Below are positions 60,757 to 64,000 of a stretch of 64,000 bases of DNA, piece by piece. The DNA lies in contig OY970212.1 in assembly GCA_963713925.1 (NCBI GenBank), positions 128,001 through 192,000 on the forward strand, in the 5' to 3' direction. The position numbers were made by a program, and so were the translations under genes. This stretch comes from an uncultured bacterium. GTDB lineage: Bacteria > Babelota > Babeliae > Babelales > Vermiphilaceae. Positions within the stretch are counted from its first letter, which is position 1. Each line of letters begins with the position of its first letter. The notes below the pieces were generated by a model. That model searched no databases. It was not told where the DNA came from and saw only the letters and a program-made list of their open reading frames with translations.

Positions 60757-63309
60757 ATGGACACGCAACACGTAACACAATCTGTCGGGTCTTTGTTTGG
60801 GACACAAGCTTCGACAGAAAATAATAATGTAAGTATGTTTCGAGTAACGGCTGTTGACGGCACTTTGGTGCCATTACATATAGCGCAGTTACAAGATTCT
60901 ATTTACTGGGCTTCTCAGGGGTATGAGAGAAGCATTTCAGTCTCGTTAGTTCTTGAAGAAGTGATGCGCAATGTATTTGACGGTATAACGACCAAAGAAC
61001 TTGCAGACGCTCTGATTCTTGCCTCAAGCGCGTACATTGAAAAAGATCCGGCCTATTCAGCGCTTGCGTCGCAACTGATGCTCAAAAAATTGTATAAAGA
61101 AGTGGTTGGTTCTTCTATCCGCTCTTTAACAATGACTCAAGAATATCGCCAATCGTTTGTTTCAGGAATACACAAAGGGGTGACCGAACAAATATTTGAT
61201 TCGCGTTTGCTTGATTATGATCTTGAAATGATTTCATCAGCATTGGTCATTGAGCGAGACCATTTGTTTGGTTACATGGGTATGAGAACATTGTATGAGC
61301 GCTATTATGCTCGAACAGAATCGCAACAACGTTTTGAATTGCCACAGGCATTCTGGATGCGCGTTGCGATGGGATTATGCTACAACGAAAGAAACAAAAC
61401 TGCCAAAGCCATTGAATTTTATCATTTGATGTCGAGCATGCGCTATGTTCCGGGCACTCCGACTTTGCTTCACTCCGGACTTATGCGTCCACAACTCAGT
61501 TCGTGTTTCTTGGGGACTGTTGAAGATGATTTGAAACATATTTTCAAATGTCTTGGCGATAATGCACAGCTTTCAAAATGGTCTGGGGGCGTAGCCTATG
61601 ACTGGACAAACGTGCGTGCAACTGGTGCGATGGTCAAAAGTATCAAAACAGAAAGCCAAGGGTTAATTCCATATCTTAAGATCGCAAACGATGTGACTGC
61701 TGCAATTAATAGATCAGGGAAACGTCGCAGCGCTGCTGTTGTATATCTTGAAACATGGCATTTGGATGTTGAAGATTTCTTAGATTTGCGTCGAAACACC
61801 GGTGATGAGCGTCGTCGTGCCCATGATATCAACACGGCAAATTGGGTGCCTGATTTGTTTATCAAGCGAATAATAAACAATGAGCAGTGGACTCTCTTTT
61901 CACCGGATGAAGTATCAGATTTGCATCATATGTATGGAAAAGCATTTGAAAAACGATACCAAGAATATGAACGTATGGCGCAAGAAGGCCACATTAAAAA
62001 GTTTAAGGTGATCGAAGCGGCCGTGCTTTGGCGTAAGATGTTGTCACGTCTGTTTGAAACCGGACACCCTTGGATCACTTTTAAAGATCCATCAAACATT
62101 CGCTCTCCACAAGATCATGCAGGAGTGATCCACAATTCAAACTTGTGCACCGAAATTACGCTCAACACCAGCGCACAAGAAACTGCGGTGTGCAACTTGG
62201 GTTCCGTCAACTTGGCTCGGCACATTAGCAATGGCCGCATTGATGACGAGATGCTTAAAGAGACCGTTACAACTGCGATTCGCATGCTTGATAACGTGAT
62301 CGATATTAACTTCTATCCAACAGCAGAAGCTGAATTTTCAAATATCAAGCATCGTCCGATCGGATTAGGCTTGATGGGCTTCCAAGATGCACTCTACAAA
62401 CTTGATATTGCATTTGATGAGCCGGCTTCGCTTGATTGTGCTGATGAAGTGATGGAAAAAATTTCCTATCACGCGATTATGTCATCTTCGCTTTTGGCAA
62501 AAGAACGGGGAACCTATGCTTCATATCATGGTTCCAAATGGGATCGTGGATTATTCCCACAAGATACTCTTGATTTGCTTGAACAAGAACGTGGCATGCC
62601 GATTGAAGTTTCCAGAACCGGAAAACTTGATTGGACGCCGGTTCGCGAACATGTGAAACAATATGGTATGCGTAACTCAAACACTATGGCAATTGCACCA
62701 ACAGCAACGATTTCCAACATTGTGGGCAGCTTCCCGTGCATTGAACCGATTTACAAAAACTTGTATGTTAAAGCAAATATGAGTGGCGAATTTACCGTTG
62801 TAAACGAGTATTTGGTCGAAGATCTCAAGAAATTGAATTTGTGGAATGATGAAATGCTTGATCAACTCAAGTATTATGACGGAAGCGTGCAAATGATTGC
62901 TTCTATCCCATATCATATCAAACACAAATACAAAGAAGCATTTGAAATCTCTCCTGAGTGGCTTGTTGAGCTGACTGCCGCGCGTGGTAAGTGGATTGAT
63001 CAAAGTCAGTCACACAATGTATTCTTAAAAGGGACTTCCGGAAAACAACTGAGCGACTTATATATTCTTGGTTGGAAGAAAGGAATGAAAACCTTCTATT
63101 ACTTACGCACCCTCGGCGCGACACAAATTGAGAAATCAACGCTTGATGCTAAAAAGTATGGATTCACACAAAAACGTGAATACACTACGACACAGCAAGC
63201 GCCAACAGCATCGGTTGAAACCGTTACTGAAAATGTAACTGTTGATATCAAGATGACAAAAACAAGCTGCTCGATTTCTGCTGATCCGAGCTGTGAAGTG
63301 TGTCAATAA
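60757..63309 (+). CDS. nrdA: Class I ribonucleotide reductase alpha subunit
   Basis: ATP-cone-like N-terminus, TPTL, LSSC, SNLCTEI, CNLGS, APTAT, YYLR, C-terminal CxxC. Confidence 0.97.
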   Translation: MDTQHVTQSVGSLFGTQASTENNNVSMFRVTAVDGTLVPLHIAQLQDSIYWASQGYERSISVSLVLEEVMRNVFDGITTKELADALILASSAYIEKDPAYSALASQLMLKKLYKEVVGSSIRSLTMTQEYRQSFVSGIHKGVTEQIFDSRLLDYDLEMISSALVIERDHLFGYMGMRTLYERYYARTESQQRFELPQAFWMRVAMGLCYNERNKTAKAIEFYHLMSSMRYVPGTPTLLHSGLMRPQLSSCFLGTVEDDLKHIFKCLGDNAQLSKWSGGVAYDWTNVRATGAMVKSIKTESQGLIPYLKIANDVTAAINRSGKRRSAAVVYLETWHLDVEDFLDLRRNTGDERRRAHDINTANWVPDLFIKRIINNEQWTLFSPDEVSDLHHMYGKAFEKRYQEYERMAQEGHIKKFKVIEAAVLWRKMLSRLFETGHPWITFKDPSNIRSPQDHAGVIHNSNLCTEITLNTSAQETAVCNLGSVNLARHISNGRIDDEMLKETVTTAIRMLDNVIDINFYPTAEAEFSNIKHRPIGLGLMGFQDALYKLDIAFDEPASLDCADEVMEKISYHAIMSSSLLAKERGTYASYHGSKWDRGLFPQDTLDLLEQERGMPIEVSRTGKLDWTPVREHVKQYGMRNSNTMAIAPTATISNIVGSFPCIEPIYKNLYVKANMSGEFTVVNEYLVEDLKKLNLWNDEMLDQLKYYDGSVQMIASIPYHIKHKYKEAFEISPEWLVELTAARGKWIDQSQSHNVFLKGTSGKQLSDLYILGWKKGMKTFYYLRTLGATQIEKSTLDAKKYGFTQKREYTTTQQAPTASVETVTENVTVDIKMTKTSCSISADPSCEVCQ

Positions 63310-63312
63310 TCA

Positions 63313-63348
63313 TACCCCACGCACGCTTACGCTGAGCGTGGGGGCCCC
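63313..63348 (+). repeat. Family-2 hairpin
   Basis: taccccacgc...gcgtgggggcccc. Confidence 0.75.
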
Positions 63349-63360
63349 ATAAAAACTTAG

Positions 63361-63628
63361 GAGCTTATACGAAAAATTAAGCTGTCCGAATAACAAAGGT
63401 CGGCTGTCAAGAGGCACTTGTTTCAGCAACTTGTCCGTACGTCTTCGCCAAAGGCTACGCCGCACACGGCCGTAGCTTGGGTGAAAAAGCCTGGATAAGC
63501 AAATGCCGGGTCCCAAATGAAGCGCACGCTGAATTTGGGTAAAAGGCTGGATCTAGGTTAAGTGGATCCTGAAATAAATTCAGGATGACGAAGTAATAAG
63601 GAACTTTCGGAAATTTTCGGATAAGCTC
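63361..63628 (+). mobile_element. MITE (268 bp) with multiple nested palindromes, between nrdA and nrdB
   Basis: TAG|gagcttatacgaaaaatt...aattttcggataagctc|TAA. Confidence 0.88.
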
Positions 63629-63699
63629 TAAAACATAACAGCATTTCAGAAAACCTCGGGAAAGAGATTCAAAGCTTTCCCGAATATTAGGAAAATATC

Positions 63700-64000
63700 A
63701 TGGCAAAACAAGGAATTGTAAACAACTCAACAATTGATCCAAACAAAATATTGCCGATGCGCTATCTCTGGGCGCGTAAGCACTATAAAGACGGCGTTGC
63801 AAACAATTGGACTCCTGAAGAAGTTTCCATGCAAAAAGATGTTGAGCAATGGAAGTCAAATGATGTACTCACGCCGACTGAACGTCGCTTGATTATGTGG
63901 AATCTTGGCTTTTTCTCAACAGCTGAGTCACTGACGGCAAACAATTTGGTGCTCACGGTGTATAAACACGTAACAAACCCTGAATGCCGTCAATATCTGC
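63700..64000 (+). CDS. nrdB: Ribonucleotide reductase beta subunit, 3'-truncated (not in ORF track)
   Basis: Manual translation: MAKQG...ILPMRYLWARKHYKDGVANNWTPEEVSMQKD...NLGFFSTAESLTANN...NPECRQYL. Confidence 0.93.
   Translation, partial: MAKQGIVNNSTIDPNKILPMRYLWARKHYKDGVANNWTPEEVSMQKDVEQWKSNDVLTPTERRLIMWNLGFFSTAESLTANNLVLTVYKHVTNPECRQYL

Noticed and set aside
63310..63516. 68-aa ORF between nrdA and nrdB
   Set aside because: Lies entirely within the MITE and palindrome sequence.

Overview
Bacterial chromosome segment whose content (many signal-peptide hypothetical proteins, an ankyrin protein, Chlamydia-like nrdAB) suggests a host-associated lineage such as Dependentiae/TM6; this is an inference, not a database result. 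Housekeeping genes (M16 peptidase, mutY, tyrS, truB, prmC, uvrB, nrdA, partial nrdB) are interspersed with accessory loci. (1) Two polymorphic-toxin-like loci: long signal-peptide proteins share a central Y-x3-H-x2-NP-x7-GNxIQ-x3-H motif but end in unrelated tips, and each is followed by tandem immunity-like paralogs. One cassette is flanked by a 71-bp duplication of a neighbouring gene's 3' end. (2) A ~16 kb glycan locus plus a 3-gene satellite in which essentially every enzyme, including normally cytoplasmic Gmd, Fcl, Ugd and Uxs, starts with a signal-peptide-like leader. (3) Candidate host-directed effectors: a PI3/PI4-kinase-like pair and a protein with PSAP and 2x LYPxL motifs. (4) At least four families of short palindromic/MITE elements that nest inside each other, flank a GIY-YIG gene and sit in-frame inside coding sequences. 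No rRNA, tRNA, CRISPR array, integrase or transposase was recognised. Starts were adjusted from the ORF track where an RBS or signal peptide indicated a later start.
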